A DNA stretch of 64,000 bases from a bacterium (GTDB lineage Bacteria > Electryoneota > JAOADG01). This document shows, piece after piece, positions 20,601 to 29,646 of the stretch (position 1 is its first letter; each line of letters begins with the position of its first letter). A program made the position numbers and the translations under genes. Under the pieces are notes generated by a model. That model was not told where the DNA came from and ran no database searches. It saw only the letters and a program-made list of their open reading frames with translations. The stretch covers positions 92 to 64,091 of the forward strand of contig JAOTSC010000001.1 of the NCBI GenBank assembly GCA_030247525.1. The letters are read 5' to 3'.

Positions 20601-21967
20601 AAAGCGGAAAACACGACGTAAAATTCTACCATAATCTTTGGGAAACAATCCTTTCCGGTTCAACGTGGAGTGGCAGATTCATCAATCGAAAGAGAGATGA
20701 TTCGTTCTACCAGTCGGATGCTATCATTATTCCGATGCGAGACAACAAAGACGAGATCGTCTCTTTTGCAAAAATTGAACGGGATGTAACCGCTGAGCTC
20801 GAAATGCAGGAACGCTTCCAGCAGGCACAGCGCCTCGCATCAATCGGACAACTGACGGGTGGAATCGCTCACAACTTTAACAACCTTCTGACCGGTATCT
20901 TAGGTAATTTAGAGCTGATACGAATGACGGGCACTGCAGCGACGTTACCCCTTGTATCGGAAGCGGAAAAAGCCGGCCAACGGGCTGCCGACTTAGTGAA
21001 GCAACTCATGGCTTTCAGCCGGAAATCTCAACTTCAACGGAAAGCAGTCGATATATACGTCTTACTGCAAGAAGTGCTTGGCATGCTCCGAAGTACCGTC
21101 GATCGGCGAATCGAAATCACGTTAACCGGCCAGCCGAACCAGATCGCATTGGGAGACACAAATCAGCTCCACCAAGTCATCCTTAACATCTGTATGAATG
21201 CCATCGATGCGCTAAAAGAAGCGTCGATGCAAGAGCACAAGTTGTTACAACTTGCGTTGTCGTCGCAGATCGTTCAACTGGAGGAAAACGACGAGCGACT
21301 GGAGGCGGAGGCAAAACCGGGACAATACTGCTGTATTACGATCACCGATACCGGCATCGGAATGTCAAACGAAACGATGAAACAGATCTTCGAACCGTTT
21401 TTCACAACGAAAGATGTCGGCAAAGGCACGGGCTTAGGATTGGCGACTGCGTACGGGATCGTACGCCAACACGATGGATGGATTAGAGCAGAGAGTGAAC
21501 TGGGAATCGGTACGACCTTCCATGTATACTTGCCGACGGTAGCATCGCCGAAAGCGATACCAAATGGGGAAACCAGCAAGGAAATTAAATTAATCGGTGG
21601 TACTGAGACGATTCTGGTAGTTGATGACGAGGAGATGTTGCGAATACTCGCAAAAACGATACTTGAGCGCAGCGGCTACACAGTGAGATTAGCAACAAAC
21701 GGCAGCGAGGCACTTGCGTTGCTTTCTACCGAAGATAGTTCAATTGATCTCATGTTACTTGATCTCTCCATGCCTGTAATGTCAGGTCGGGAGCTCTTAA
21801 GCCGATTACCCGAGTTAACCTGTATCCCAAAAGTAATTGTTGCAACCGGACTCTCCGATCAAGTCTCCAGAAACGATCATGTTTTTACACAGTACGAGTT
21901 TGTTGGGAAACCGTATCGGATATCGGAGTTACTGCGTTTGGTTCGAAAAGTCCTCGACTCCAAATGA
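17609..21967 (+). CDS. hybrid sensor histidine kinase / response regulator (TM sensor, GAF, multiple PAS, HisKA, HATPase, REC)
   Basis: 1452 aa. Two TM segments flank a ~250-aa periplasmic region. GAF and 3-4 PAS domains follow. The H-box is AQRLASIGQLTGGIAHNFNNLL and the HATPase motifs are DTGIGM...GTGLGL. The C-terminal receiver is ILVVDDEEMLR...DLMLLDLSMPVMSG. Confidence 0.9.
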   Translation: MKFQLQRIVVVLLIILSFIAMASSIYFFIQFTEYRRQEVNGDKRNIEVTSWLLERAVNSIAVKTQEWSKRIELDDLPSTNGLSVFGFDNAEETHHQLNLSQIAIFDRQGNFLVNSHFDFIRAKLTLIPSISSESLVVSGILPRPADSNQFRLGFYSTRTEPIFVSIYPILSRTGDTDGYLLFGRMIDLAYRCRIFSGLGKDVNDFIKIDGPLRGSLQPNELKRVLPQLSLQNRYLTIHRDSYTSEGYAIHQDIFGKPTYLLRVNFNRVNYPVQLYALLLFVLSAILSILLFLFGIYLKNQLRSERRIKQLTSSVNSQLDSAMLRSDDKDPLTQLAARIACLQQRMGSAEVQSAMSEQKVADLSKQLKVVQDENTRNVRFNIVYRLLAGVSRNKPMEEICQLAFDEIEREIKPKAQALRILKYESDFVLSINRGFSDEYIALMSNVDKSFISDILMESKHVYHIDELDDSFIQQSLRKEGIGTVAGFAMMVNNQIVGGYTVVFSGRRVLTETEEQLCEAVADTLSIVLQHHNSELERRSSEERLQSLFQTAHDGYIMLDGNGDVADVNPAASQILGYSSEVIIGKPGKHFLPIAFSVDYDNFIKKTVTSGVPSVITECITANGTAIPVDASASVIAMTVGSGIFVVLRDITERVHSERLQKTLLDIAQTTTESQNLEEMLANIHRYLTAIVYAENFYVALYDPETNLYSFPYQVDQYDPPIVGSVSLEKSLTDYVRRTKKPVLLDPANHEEWKQIDEIESYGTGSYSWLGIPLISKQRVIGVAVVQSYDEEFSFSQRDLSVMQLVSGQIATAIERKQAEESLRRSETRYRQIFSMTVAVKLFYDPNTGGIIDANQAACKFYGYTLRELKGMRIRDIELSSMDSHELLITQSTEAKQDVFESYRIALHKLKNGELRTVEMYSGPITMHDKLFVHAIVHDITSRVRTETENRRLAKLVESTAEAITITDYQGTILYVNPAFCKLTGFTFEETVGKNSSFLQSGKHDVKFYHNLWETILSGSTWSGRFINRKRDDSFYQSDAIIIPMRDNKDEIVSFAKIERDVTAELEMQERFQQAQRLASIGQLTGGIAHNFNNLLTGILGNLELIRMTGTAATLPLVSEAEKAGQRAADLVKQLMAFSRKSQLQRKAVDIYVLLQEVLGMLRSTVDRRIEITLTGQPNQIALGDTNQLHQVILNICMNAIDALKEASMQEHKLLQLALSSQIVQLEENDERLEAEAKPGQYCCITITDTGIGMSNETMKQIFEPFFTTKDVGKGTGLGLATAYGIVRQHDGWIRAESELGIGTTFHVYLPTVASPKAIPNGETSKEIKLIGGTETILVVDDEEMLRILAKTILERSGYTVRLATNGSEALALLSTEDSSIDLMLLDLSMPVMSGRELLSRLPELTCIPKVIVATGLSDQVSRNDHVFTQYEFVGKPYRISELLRLVRKVLDSK

Positions 21968-22028
21968 ATGGTAAGAGTAAAGGCTGATGTTACCATCAGC
22001 CTTTCACTTAAGATTCTCGCGAAATTTT

Positions 22029-22733
22029 TTAATGCATGCCGATGGCGGTAGAGCCGGAAGCGTTTGCTTTGAGAATCCAGCTCTTTAATGCGTCGCGATG
22101 TGCTTTCATTGTTTTTTCCGGTCCAACTGCTTTAAAGAAATAGGGTCCTGCTTGTGTTTCAACAATTGCTGCCCACAAACGCCATTTCTCTTTCGTTCCG
22201 GTGGCACCACTCATCATAGCGGATTGATTCAACGTACCAGCTAACTCGGTAATCGTAACCGGCAGTTTCCCGGAGCTCGTCAATTTGGCGGTGGATTCGT
22301 CTTTCCGCTCGGTAAACTGACCCTTCCAACGTTCAATATTCGCGTCGATGCTGCCTGCGTTGGAGCCTAAATAGAACAATGCCATTTCACCATCATCGGA
22401 ATCGCCGCCCTGTCTAACCAATTGATATTGCGCTAATCTCATGGAAGAGGAAGGCGAGCCCTTCTTCACGTTCTTGGGAAGTGCTTTCTCCAATGCTGGT
22501 AAATCGATACCGCCATCTTGTGGTGCGCTCGGTGGTGGTGGAATTTCGCTTCCACCCATCCCCGGTTGTTGCTGTTGTTGCTGCATTTGACTAATGTCAG
22601 GATGATTCGGCGGCAGTTTCTGTTCTGCTGGATCATTCTTTTTAACTTGAAAACTGTCTTTAGGCGTACGGTTGCAACCGAGCAACAAGGTCGCGATAAG
22701 TACAATAATGATGAGTATGTTTAGCGCTTTCAT
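22029..22733 (-). CDS. lipoprotein of unknown function with a poly-Gln tract
   Basis: Signal peptide with a lipobox (LLLGC). Contains a QMQQQQQQPGMGG low-complexity stretch. No recognisable catalytic motif. Confidence 0.55.
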   Translation of the reverse strand: MKALNILIIIVLIATLLLGCNRTPKDSFQVKKNDPAEQKLPPNHPDISQMQQQQQQPGMGGSEIPPPPSAPQDGGIDLPALEKALPKNVKKGSPSSSMRLAQYQLVRQGGDSDDGEMALFYLGSNAGSIDANIERWKGQFTERKDESTAKLTSSGKLPVTITELAGTLNQSAMMSGATGTKEKWRLWAAIVETQAGPYFFKAVGPEKTMKAHRDALKSWILKANASGSTAIGMH

Positions 22734-23069
22734 GCATTCTCCCGAAAGGTGGCGGCTTAACGGATGTGTTACTTTTTACACACCCCCCCGTTGCCGCCGG
22801 ACAATAGACCGGAATATTGAAAATTCGCTAAGCATTTGCAAGCGTACCATCAGTATACATTGATTAGCTGATTAAAGAGAGATCAAAGCGCAATAAAGAC
22901 TTTTTGACTTCTTCATGGTGATTCCAAACATGGCCTTGTTTTGATGCGTACCTCCTGCATCGATACCATAGTGAATTAGTAGGAATTGAAACACGAATGT
23001 TGTATCTTTGCGTCGGTATCGTTTGTTACTAACTCTATGGAATTAAATGTCAGGGGGAAGGAAACCGTT

Positions 23070-23543
23070 ATGTTGGAAATCGGCAGTAAAGGGGAATATG
23101 GCGCACGCGCGATGGTGTATCTCGCTAAGCGTTACGGACGCGGTTCAATCTCACTAACCGCAATCTCTGAGGAACAACACATTCCTCGGCGTTATTTGGA
23201 GCAACTCATCTCTACACTACGCAACGGTGGATATGTCCGAGCAACCCGCGGTGCCGCTGGCGGTTATGAGTTAGCGAAACCACCATCGGAAATCACACTC
23301 TACGATATCGTCGCACTCCTCGAAGGACCGTTACAACTCCAAGATTGCGTACATTATAACGGTGATGGTTGCTGTACGTTATTAGAAGAGTGCTCGGTAC
23401 GGGATGTATGGGTCGCTCTTCACCGGACAATCCATAACGAACTGAAGAAGGTAACCCTGGATGAGTTAGCTGAGCGTTCACGTCGTAAGCGACTCGCCCA
23501 CATGAACGGCACCGCGCATACGTCGATGGAGACTGTGCAATAA
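23070..23543 (+). CDS. Rrf2-family transcriptional regulator (IscR/SufR-like, likely Fe-S-cluster-binding)
   Basis: The MLEIGSKGEYGARAMVYLA...ISEEQHIPRRYLEQLISTLRNGGYVRATRGAAGGYELA HTH region is typical of Rrf2. A Cys cluster (CVHYNGDGCC) is positioned like the IscR Fe-S ligands. A GGGGGAAGGA site lies upstream of the ATG at 23070. Confidence 0.85.
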   Translation: MLEIGSKGEYGARAMVYLAKRYGRGSISLTAISEEQHIPRRYLEQLISTLRNGGYVRATRGAAGGYELAKPPSEITLYDIVALLEGPLQLQDCVHYNGDGCCTLLEECSVRDVWVALHRTIHNELKKVTLDELAERSRRKRLAHMNGTAHTSMETVQ

Positions 23544-23582
23544 GCGTTGACCGCGATGTTTGTTCTATTGCGAAGGTGAACA

Positions 23583-23816
23583 ATGTTAGAAGTAACTTAC
23601 CTTCAAAAACTCAGCAGTGCCGACTGTGGTGATACTCATCGCTTTGTGGTAACATTGCGTCATTACAACCAACTATACCGGGGAATGCTGGATATCGTTG
23701 TTCAGACAGATCGGTCGATGCAAAGAATTGCTCCGAGTAGTTTGCTGTTAAACGACTGCGATTACACGATTCCCGCCACAAGCAGCGCTGTCAATCAACT
23801 GCATCGTATGTTGTGA
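23583..23816 (+). CDS. hypothetical small protein (77 aa) in the suf leader region; could be non-coding
   Basis: ORF with a GAAGGTGA site 5 nt upstream of its ATG. Three Cys residues. No recognisable motif. Confidence 0.25.
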   Translation: MLEVTYLQKLSSADCGDTHRFVVTLRHYNQLYRGMLDIVVQTDRSMQRIAPSSLLLNDCDYTIPATSSAVNQLHRML

Positions 23817-23906
23817 TTCGGGCGATTTTCCGAGGTACATCCAGCCGTCCAGTCGGATGAATGTCTTTCCGAGCGCGAGCTCCAATTCGTATTAGATGGA
23901 AGTAAC

Positions 23907-24683
23907 ATGAATCGGGAACTACAATTACAAGGTTTACGCGTAAAAATCGCCAACACCGAGACCGAGATTTTAAAGGGGGTCGATTTAACGATCCGACAAG
24001 GTGAAATCCATGCGATGATGGGACCGAACGGCGCAGGTAAAAGCACGTTAGGCGCAACATTGCTCGGTCATCCAAATTACGAGATAACAGCTGGATCGAT
24101 CCATTGGCAAGGAACTGACGTTGCCGAAATGTCAACCGACGAGCGAGCGCGCGCAGGTTTGTTTTTAGCGTTCCAGTATCCGGTGGAGTTGCCCGGTGTG
24201 TCGATGTTTAACTTTCTGCGTACCAGTTACAATGCGATGCATCCGCCAGCCGAAGGGCAAAAACCGCTCGGCGCAGTGATGTTCCACAAAAAGATTCTCG
24301 ATGGTCTCGATTATCTGGAGATGGATCAGGCGTTTTCTCAACGTTACTTAAACGATGGCTTTTCCGGCGGCGAAAAGAAACGATGCGAAGTGCTTCAAAT
24401 GATGATGTTAAAACCGAAAATGGCAATACTTGACGAGACTGATTCCGGACTCGATATCGATGCTTTAAAGATTGTCGCCAAAGGGGTCAATTCACTGCGA
24501 AGCGAGGAGTTCGGTGCTTTGGTAATCACCCATTACCAACGACTGCTCGACTATATCAAACCAGACTATGTGCATGTGCTTATGCAGGGGCGAATCGTCC
24601 GGTCGGGGGGGCCGGAACTCGCCTTTGAATTGGAAGAGCGCGGCTATGATTGGTTACGCGAAGAAGCAGGAGTCGTCGTATGA
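23907..24683 (+). CDS. sufC: Fe-S cluster assembly ATPase SufC
   Basis: Walker [13 protein letters not shown] signature FSGGEKKR and Walker [15 protein letters not shown] overlap with sufB. Confidence 0.9.
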   Translation: MNRELQLQGLRVKIANTETEILKGVDLTIRQGEIHAMMGPNGAGKSTLGATLLGHPNYEITAGSIHWQGTDVAEMSTDERARAGLFLAFQYPVELPGVSMFNFLRTSYNAMHPPAEGQKPLGAVMFHKKILDGLDYLEMDQAFSQRYLNDGFSGGEKKRCEVLQMMMLKPKMAILDETDSGLDIDALKIVAKGVNSLRSEEFGALVITHYQRLLDYIKPDYVHVLMQGRIVRSGGPELAFELEERGYDWLREEAGVVV

Positions 24684-26092
24684 GTTCTACTGAGCAAGAG
24701 TTACTGCAAGGGCTTGACTCGTACAAATATGGTTTTCACGATGAGAATGCCCCGGTATTCAAGTCCGAAAAGGGCTTGACTGAAGAGGTCGTGCGCATGA
24801 TTTCGGCTCGCAAAAAAGAGCCGGAATGGATGCTCGAATTTCGATTAAATGCTTATCGCGAATTCCTCTCAAAGCCAATGCCAAACTGGGGTAGCCCGGT
24901 GATGGATCAAATCGATTTCGACGATATTTACTACTACATCAAACCGACCGAACGACAAGGTGACACCTGGGACGATATTCCCGAATATATAAAAAACACC
25001 TTTGACAAACTGGGCATTCCCGAAGCTGAAAAGCAGATGCTGGCTGGCGTAGGCGCACAATACGATTCGGAAGTCGTTTACCATAATTTGAAAGATCAGT
25101 GGGAGAAACTTGGCGTTACTTTTCTTGATATGGACAGCGGCTTACGCGAATTTCCCGAGCTGGTAAAAGAACATTTCGGTAAATTAATACCACCTTCGGA
25201 CAACAAATTTGCCGCACTGAATTCTGCGGTTTGGTCGGGCGGCAGTTTTGTGTACGTCCCGAAAGGCGTAAAAGTCGATATTCCGTTACAAGCCTATTTC
25301 CGGATTAATGCCAAGAACGCCGGGCAATTTGAACGCACGTTGATTATTGCCGAAGAAGGCAGTTTTGTTCATTACGTCGAAGGGTGTACCGCACCGACGT
25401 ATTCGTCGGATTCGCTGCATAGTGCAGTTGTTGAGATTATTATCAAAAAGGGTGCGCGCGTTCGCTATACCACGATCCAGAATTGGTCATACAATGTGTT
25501 TAACATGGTGACCAAGCGGGCAGCCTGTTATGCCGACGCCCGGATGGAATGGGTCGACGGCAACCTCGGCAGTAAGCTCACAATGAAGTATCCAGCAGTC
25601 TATTTAATGGAACCAGGGGCACATGGTGAAGTGCTGTCATTGGCATTTGCCGGACCAGGACAACATCAGGATGCCGGTGCCAAGATGATGCATTTCGCTC
25701 CGAACACAACTTCCAACATCATATCGAAATCGATTGCGCGTGGCGGCGGACGTTCCAGTTACCGTGGGATGGTGAAAGTTGCACCTGGGGCGAAGGATTG
25801 TAAGAGCTTTACCCGTTGCGATGCGCTGCTCATCGATGATCATTCGCAATCCGATACTTATCCGGTGATGGACTTAGAAGAGAATCGCATCGAAGTTGGC
25901 CATGAAGCAAGCGTAACAAAGTTATCGACCGACCAGATTTTCTATTTACAATCGCGCGGCATGACTCAGGGAGAGGCAGAAGCAATGATTGTTGCTGGTT
26001 TCATCGAACCAATCGCAAAAGAGTTGCCGATGGAGTATGCGCTGGAATTGAACCGGTTGATACAATTGCAAATGAGTGGATCCGTCGGATGA
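24680..26092 (+). CDS. sufB: Fe-S cluster assembly scaffold SufB
   Basis: About 470 aa. Conserved SufB C-terminal beta-helix region, including the conserved Cys in a motif such as GCTAP and GHEASVTK...[10 protein letters not shown]. Start at MSSTEQ, coupled to the sufC stop. Confidence 0.9.
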   Translation: MSSTEQELLQGLDSYKYGFHDENAPVFKSEKGLTEEVVRMISARKKEPEWMLEFRLNAYREFLSKPMPNWGSPVMDQIDFDDIYYYIKPTERQGDTWDDIPEYIKNTFDKLGIPEAEKQMLAGVGAQYDSEVVYHNLKDQWEKLGVTFLDMDSGLREFPELVKEHFGKLIPPSDNKFAALNSAVWSGGSFVYVPKGVKVDIPLQAYFRINAKNAGQFERTLIIAEEGSFVHYVEGCTAPTYSSDSLHSAVVEIIIKKGARVRYTTIQNWSYNVFNMVTKRAACYADARMEWVDGNLGSKLTMKYPAVYLMEPGAHGEVLSLAFAGPGQHQDAGAKMMHFAPNTTSNIISKSIARGGGRSSYRGMVKVAPGAKDCKSFTRCDALLIDDHSQSDTYPVMDLEENRIEVGHEASVTKLSTDQIFYLQSRGMTQGEAEAMIVAGFIEPIAKELPMEYALELNRLIQLQMSGSVG

Positions 26093-27432
26093 TGAGTACT
26101 ATTAGCGCACCAACTTTGTATTCACGCAAAAAGACAATACATCACTCGACCAGTCATGAACCGATGTGGGCAATCGAGCTTCGGGAAGAAGCAGCTCGTA
26201 TGTTTGATTCGTTGCCATTACCCGCACGAATCGACGAACCGTGGCGACGCACCGATTTGACGTCGGTGAAATTCGAGCAATTCCTGAACGATTGGGATGA
26301 AATGGCAAACGGCGAAACTTCGGAATCGCTGATTCCCGAAGAGGGATTTTGCCGGATCCATACAGGACAAGGGACGCAGCCGGCCCGCGGCGAATTATAC
26401 ATGACAGAGCGCCGTTGTGCAGATAGTGTCGATGGATTAACGGTGATACCAGTCGCGCTGGCGGTTCATGCTGTCCCGGACATCATCAAACCCTACTTGC
26501 GATACTACGCCAATCCCGGCTTACATCCAAGTATGCTGCGGTTTAATGCTGCAGTGTATGCTTTTCGCAATGCTGGTGTGTTTGTCGATGTCGCTGATCG
26601 AAAAAAAATTATGTTACCGATTGGGATCGTTGCAAAGCTGTTTACCGAAAACACGACGCTGTACACACACAATGTTATACATGTCGGTCGTGACGCATCG
26701 CTTGAGATTGCCGAAGAGTTTGTTTCGCCAGGTGATCGTCGTGCATTACTTTCGCATTCTCATACGCATATCATTTTAGAGGAAGGCGCTCAACTTCGCT
26801 TTACCGGTTTGCAGAACTGGGGTACTGGCGTATTTCATTTCGGTACGCACCAATTCACGATTGGCGCTCATGCGAATGCGGATGTGATTTGGGGTGGGCT
26901 CGGTTCGCGGATTGCGAAATCGCGAATCATTGTCGATCTCGCTGGTGAAGGTGCAACTGCAAAAATCGGCGGGTTTGTCGCCGGCAACGCCAAGCAATTT
27001 TTGGATCACGATACGATGCAGCACCATATTGCCCGGAACACCAACTCCGATTTGTTGTTCAAAGGAGTGGTAACCGACCGGGCGCGTTCGGTCTATCAAG
27101 GGTTGATTGTCGTCGATAAAGCGGCGCAACGTACCGACGCCTACCAGAGCGTAAAACATATCATCTTATCGAAAAATGCCCATGTCGACGCATTACCCGG
27201 TTTGGAGATTCTTGCCGACGATGTACGGTGCACCCACGGCGCGACGACATCGCAAGTAAACGAAGAGCAGCTCTATTATATGGCATGTCGAGGGCTGTCG
27301 CGCACTGCTGCCGAAGAACTGCTGATCGAAGCACATCTCGAACCGATTCTTGCCCGGATCCCGAATGTCGAGTTACAGAATCGCTGCCGGGACACAATCT
27401 CGATGAAGTTGTTAGGACACTCGCTCGACTAA
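26089..27432 (+). CDS. sufD: Fe-S cluster assembly protein SufD
   Basis: 447 aa. Paralogous SufB/D beta-helix C-terminus ([26 protein letters not shown]). ATGA overlap with sufB. Confidence 0.85.
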   Translation: MMSTISAPTLYSRKKTIHHSTSHEPMWAIELREEAARMFDSLPLPARIDEPWRRTDLTSVKFEQFLNDWDEMANGETSESLIPEEGFCRIHTGQGTQPARGELYMTERRCADSVDGLTVIPVALAVHAVPDIIKPYLRYYANPGLHPSMLRFNAAVYAFRNAGVFVDVADRKKIMLPIGIVAKLFTENTTLYTHNVIHVGRDASLEIAEEFVSPGDRRALLSHSHTHIILEEGAQLRFTGLQNWGTGVFHFGTHQFTIGAHANADVIWGGLGSRIAKSRIIVDLAGEGATAKIGGFVAGNAKQFLDHDTMQHHIARNTNSDLLFKGVVTDRARSVYQGLIVVDKAAQRTDAYQSVKHIILSKNAHVDALPGLEILADDVRCTHGATTSQVNEEQLYYMACRGLSRTAAEELLIEAHLEPILARIPNVELQNRCRDTISMKLLGHSLD

Positions 27433-27472
27433 ACCATCCCGTAAACCAGCTGACAATTTTCGCAATCCGGAT

Positions 27473-27820
27473 GTGGATTGCAGAATGAGTGATAGAACAA
27501 TCATGTGGTACCCTGTCGCACAACTGGACGAACTGAATCAGATTCAACCGAAACGGGTCGAAGCCGACGGCGAACCGTTTGTATTATTTCGCGATGGCGA
27601 AACAGTATATTGTTTACGCGATGTTTGCAGCCATGCCGAGGTTCCGCTCTCCGGCGGCGTATACGACCGTCGCAGCAAGCAGGTGACTTGTCCGCAGCAT
27701 GGCGCCCGGTTTGATATAATTTCCGGAAAAGCGTTGTCGATGCCGGCAGTAACTCCGGTGCAAGCAGTACCTGTGCAAATTGTAAACGGGGTAATCGAAA
27801 TACAAGTGGATGATTTTTAA
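27473..27820 (+). CDS. Rieske [2Fe-2S] ferredoxin-like protein
   Basis: CSHAEVPL (CxH) and CPQHGARF (CxxH) are Rieske ligand boxes ~18 aa apart. 115 aa. Inserted between sufD and sufS. Confidence 0.8.
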   Translation: MDCRMSDRTIMWYPVAQLDELNQIQPKRVEADGEPFVLFRDGETVYCLRDVCSHAEVPLSGGVYDRRSKQVTCPQHGARFDIISGKALSMPAVTPVQAVPVQIVNGVIEIQVDDF

Positions 27821-29081
27821 AATGTTTACCTCCACCGAACGCCAACGCATCCGAGACGACTTCCCAATCCTTTCCCGAACATTATCGAATGGGATGCCGT
27901 TAACCTATCTGGATAACGCCGCATCCACCCAAAAGCCGCGACCGGTTCTCAATACTGTTCGCAACTTTCTCGAAACATCCTATTCCAATATCCATCGCGG
28001 CGTTTACTCCCTATCTGTTGAAGCAACCGATGCCTATGACGAAGCGCGGAAGACCATCGCCCGCTTTGTCAATGCGAAACATGCAACCGAGATCGTCTTT
28101 ACCCGAAACGCCACCGAAGCAGTCAATCTGGTCGCGTACGGTTTTGCGAGAAAGTATCTCCATCCCGGCGATGAGATTGTCCTCACCGAGTTGGAACATC
28201 ATGCAAACTTAATTCCGTGGCAACAGACGTGTCTTGCAACTGGCGCTAAGATTGTTCCGGTTGCGTTCGAGGACGACGGTTCGATCGATCCGGCAAAAGT
28301 CATCGAGAAGTTTTCACCGCGAACAAAACTGTTGGCAATCAGCGGGTGCTCCAATGTATTCGGCTCGTTAACGAACCTCGCTCCAATCTTGAAAGAAGCG
28401 AAAGCACAGCGGATTACCACATTGGTCGATGCCGCCCAACTGGCGCCTCATTACCCCGTTGATGTACAAGCATTGGAATGCGATTTCTTAGTCGTAAGCG
28501 GCCATAAAATGGTCGCGCCATCGGGTATTGGTTTTCTCTACGGTCGTCGCGAGTGGTTGGCGCTCATGGATCCGATGTTGACCGGCGGCGATATGATCAA
28601 GGAAGTTTGGATCGACCGGGCGACGTGGGCGGAAATTCCCAACAAGTTTGAAGCTGGTACCCCGAACATCGAAGGGGCGGTCGCGTTAGGCGAAGCGGCA
28701 AAGTATCTGCAAGCGCTTGGAATGCCGCGGATTCACGAACATTGCGAAGCGCTCGCGAACGACGCTGCCGACAAGTTAGCCCTCATCGATGGTGTGATGG
28801 TACTCGGCTCGCGAAATCGCAGCGGCGTGGTCAGTTTTCTCTGCAACGATGTTCACCCCCACGATCTGGCGAGTCTACTTGATCAAGAAGGGGTCGCTAT
28901 TCGGGAGGGACACCATTGCGCTCAACCGTTGATGCGGAAACTGGGCGTAGCGGCAACGGCGCGCGCGTCGTTTTACTTGTATAACACGCCGGAAGAAGTC
29001 GACGTACTGGTAGAAGCGGTCGAAAAATCGATTCGTTTCTTTACGGGGAAACTCTCTTTGCCAGTCGCAAAAGTAGTTTAA
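27810..29081 (+). CDS. sufS: cysteine desulfurase SufS (class V aminotransferase, group II)
   Basis: PLP Lys in SGHKMVAPSGIGFLYG and active-site Cys in REGHHCAQPLM. NifS/SufS-like overall. Confidence 0.9.
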   Translation: MIFKMFTSTERQRIRDDFPILSRTLSNGMPLTYLDNAASTQKPRPVLNTVRNFLETSYSNIHRGVYSLSVEATDAYDEARKTIARFVNAKHATEIVFTRNATEAVNLVAYGFARKYLHPGDEIVLTELEHHANLIPWQQTCLATGAKIVPVAFEDDGSIDPAKVIEKFSPRTKLLAISGCSNVFGSLTNLAPILKEAKAQRITTLVDAAQLAPHYPVDVQALECDFLVVSGHKMVAPSGIGFLYGRREWLALMDPMLTGGDMIKEVWIDRATWAEIPNKFEAGTPNIEGAVALGEAAKYLQALGMPRIHEHCEALANDAADKLALIDGVMVLGSRNRSGVVSFLCNDVHPHDLASLLDQEGVAIREGHHCAQPLMRKLGVAATARASFYLYNTPEEVDVLVEAVEKSIRFFTGKLSLPVAKVV

Positions 29082-29126
29082 GTTTCGTCTGGAACGAACC
29101 GATCTTGCTTCTCTGCATTGCGTTGG

Positions 29127-29153
29127 TAGTCGCGGGCTTTAGCCCGCGTTTTT
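29127..29153 (+). terminator. GC-rich hairpin with T-run (partial intrinsic terminator after sufS)
   Basis: CGCGGGC-TTTA-GCCCGCG followed by TTTTT. Confidence 0.5.
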
Positions 29154-29169
29154 CAACTTACACACGGTT

Positions 29170-29187
29170 CGCGGGCTAAAGCCCGCG
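29170..29187. repeat. second copy of the same palindromic hairpin, with complementary loop
   Basis: CGCGGGC-TAAA-GCCCGCG, ~20 nt downstream of the first copy. The two copies are exact reverse complements of each other. Confidence 0.6.
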
Positions 29188-29211
29188 GCTACCCATTTGC
29201 GAGACTGGTAA

Positions 29212-29646
29212 ATGTCATTCGACGAATTATATCAATCGATCCTGCTGGATCACTATCAGCACCCCCGCAATGCGGGTCCGGTGCATGGCGCTACGTGCAG
29301 CATTCACGACCACAATCCGATTTGCGGCGATGAGATCACCGTGGCAATGCAAATCGAGAATGGGAAAGTTGCCAAAGTCGGATTCGACGGGAAAGGGTGC
29401 GCGATAAGCGTGGCATCCGCCTCGATGATGACCGAGCAACTACAGGGAAAAAAAATCGAGGACGCGAAGCAGGATGTCGAATCGTTCCTCTCGATTATGC
29501 GTAACGAAGATGAATTCGACAACCATCCCGAATTCGAGGAACTCGCTTCGCTCGAAGGGGTAAAGAAACTCCATGCCCGCATTAAATGCGCGACACTCTC
29601 TTGGAACACCGCGAAACGTTTGTTAGAAGGCGATTCCGATTCGTAG
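29212..29646 (+). CDS. sufU: SUF-system NifU-family Fe-S assembly protein (SufU/IscU-like, SufE-like sulfur acceptor)
   Basis: SILLDHYQHPRNAG, NPICGDEI and GKGCAISVASASMM are the three conserved Cys motifs of SufU. Confidence 0.8.
   Translation: MSFDELYQSILLDHYQHPRNAGPVHGATCSIHDHNPICGDEITVAMQIENGKVAKVGFDGKGCAISVASASMMTEQLQGKKIEDAKQDVESFLSIMRNEDEFDNHPEFEELASLEGVKKLHARIKCATLSWNTAKRLLEGDSDS

Noticed and set aside
22560-22620. CAG/CAA-rich stretch (poly-Q) as a possible simple-sequence repeat or phase-variation tract
   Set aside because: It is short (about 8 codons), mixed CAA/CAG/TTG, and in frame within a lipoprotein gene. It is not a homopolymeric or slippage-prone tract, so it is recorded only as a low-complexity protein segment.
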